Below, piece after piece: positions 36,449 through 36,525 of a DNA stretch of 36,525 bases. The DNA lies in the NCBI GenBank assembly GCA_944332105.1, contig CALVJI010000001.1, positions 1 to 36,525 on the forward strand, read 5' to 3'. Source of the DNA: an uncultured Bacilli bacterium. GTDB lineage: Bacteria > Bacillota_I > Bacilli_A > RF39 > UBA660. A model generated the notes under the pieces. That model searched no databases, was not told the origin of the DNA, and saw only the letters and a list, made by a program, of their open reading frames with translations. Every line of letters starts with the position of its first letter. The first letter of the stretch is position 1. The position numbers were made by a program, and so were the translations under genes.

Positions 36449-36525
36449 GTTACAATTCACAGCCACTTGAAAAAGTAGTGATCACTCACTATCTTTTTTT
36501 AAGGCTAAAATCTCTTCTAAAGTGT
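36449..36525. repeat. Right arm of the terminal inverted repeat (pairs with 2..76)
   Basis: See the left arm: 74 of 75 positions are identical in inverted orientation. Confidence 0.9.
36482..36524 (-). CDS. 3' end of an ORF truncated by the window edge (..TLEEILALKKDSE*); repeated-gene copy B
   Basis: Minus-strand frame open from the window edge to TGA (36484..36482). It differs from copy A by one residue (F to L). Confidence 0.5.
   Translation of the reverse strand, partial: TLEEILALKKDSE

Noticed and set aside
1-36525. The whole window considered as a mobile element, prophage or linear plasmid because of its terminal inverted repeats.
   Set aside because: The cargo is almost entirely essential, single-copy housekeeping genes (ftsH, prfB, parAB, nusG, secE, typA, ftsEX). 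There are no integrase, transposase, replication or phage genes inside. Flanking repeated elements on a chromosome are the more economical explanation.

Overview
This is a very AT-rich (roughly 30% GC by eye), densely coding chromosomal segment from a low-GC Firmicute. The gene content looks like Erysipelotrichia or Bacilli. TGA is a stop codon, because RF2 is present with its UGA autoregulatory frameshift site. I support about 44 protein genes, all but four on the + strand, and most are housekeeping. They include xth, prfB, tilS-ftsH, soj-spo0J, an MscS channel, DUF951, an AbgT transporter, ychF, a BI-1/YccA protein, an SPL-like radical SAM protein, CotF-like and GerQ spore-coat genes, typA, a degenerate GGDEF receptor with YihY, rlmB-sigH, secE-nusG, LemA, an MBL hydrolase, two YitT paralogues, and ftsE-ftsX followed by a coiled-coil M23 peptidase. 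I saw no tRNA, rRNA, CRISPR array, transposase, phage gene or recognisable defence system inside the window.

Four things are not explained by ordinary annotation:
1. The window starts and ends with a 75-bp near-perfect inverted repeat. Each arm carries the 3' end of an inward-facing ORF, so the 36.4-kb core lies between two inverted copies of a repeated element.
2. A G10 homopolymer, the only long G/C run I saw in this AT-rich window, splits the signal peptide from the body of a 550-aa secreted FGE-sulfatase-like protein. That gene sits between the sigH module and secE, which fits a candidate phase-variable (contingency) locus.
3. An XRE-type regulator has an in-frame TAA at codon 13.
4. Several orphan operons remain uncharacterised: a 577-aa coiled-coil protein with a DUF1700-like membrane protein, a membrane protein overlapping the end of sigH, and the degenerate NGNEF GGDEF receptor operon.

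All functional calls come from motif and family recognition by eye. No database search was run.
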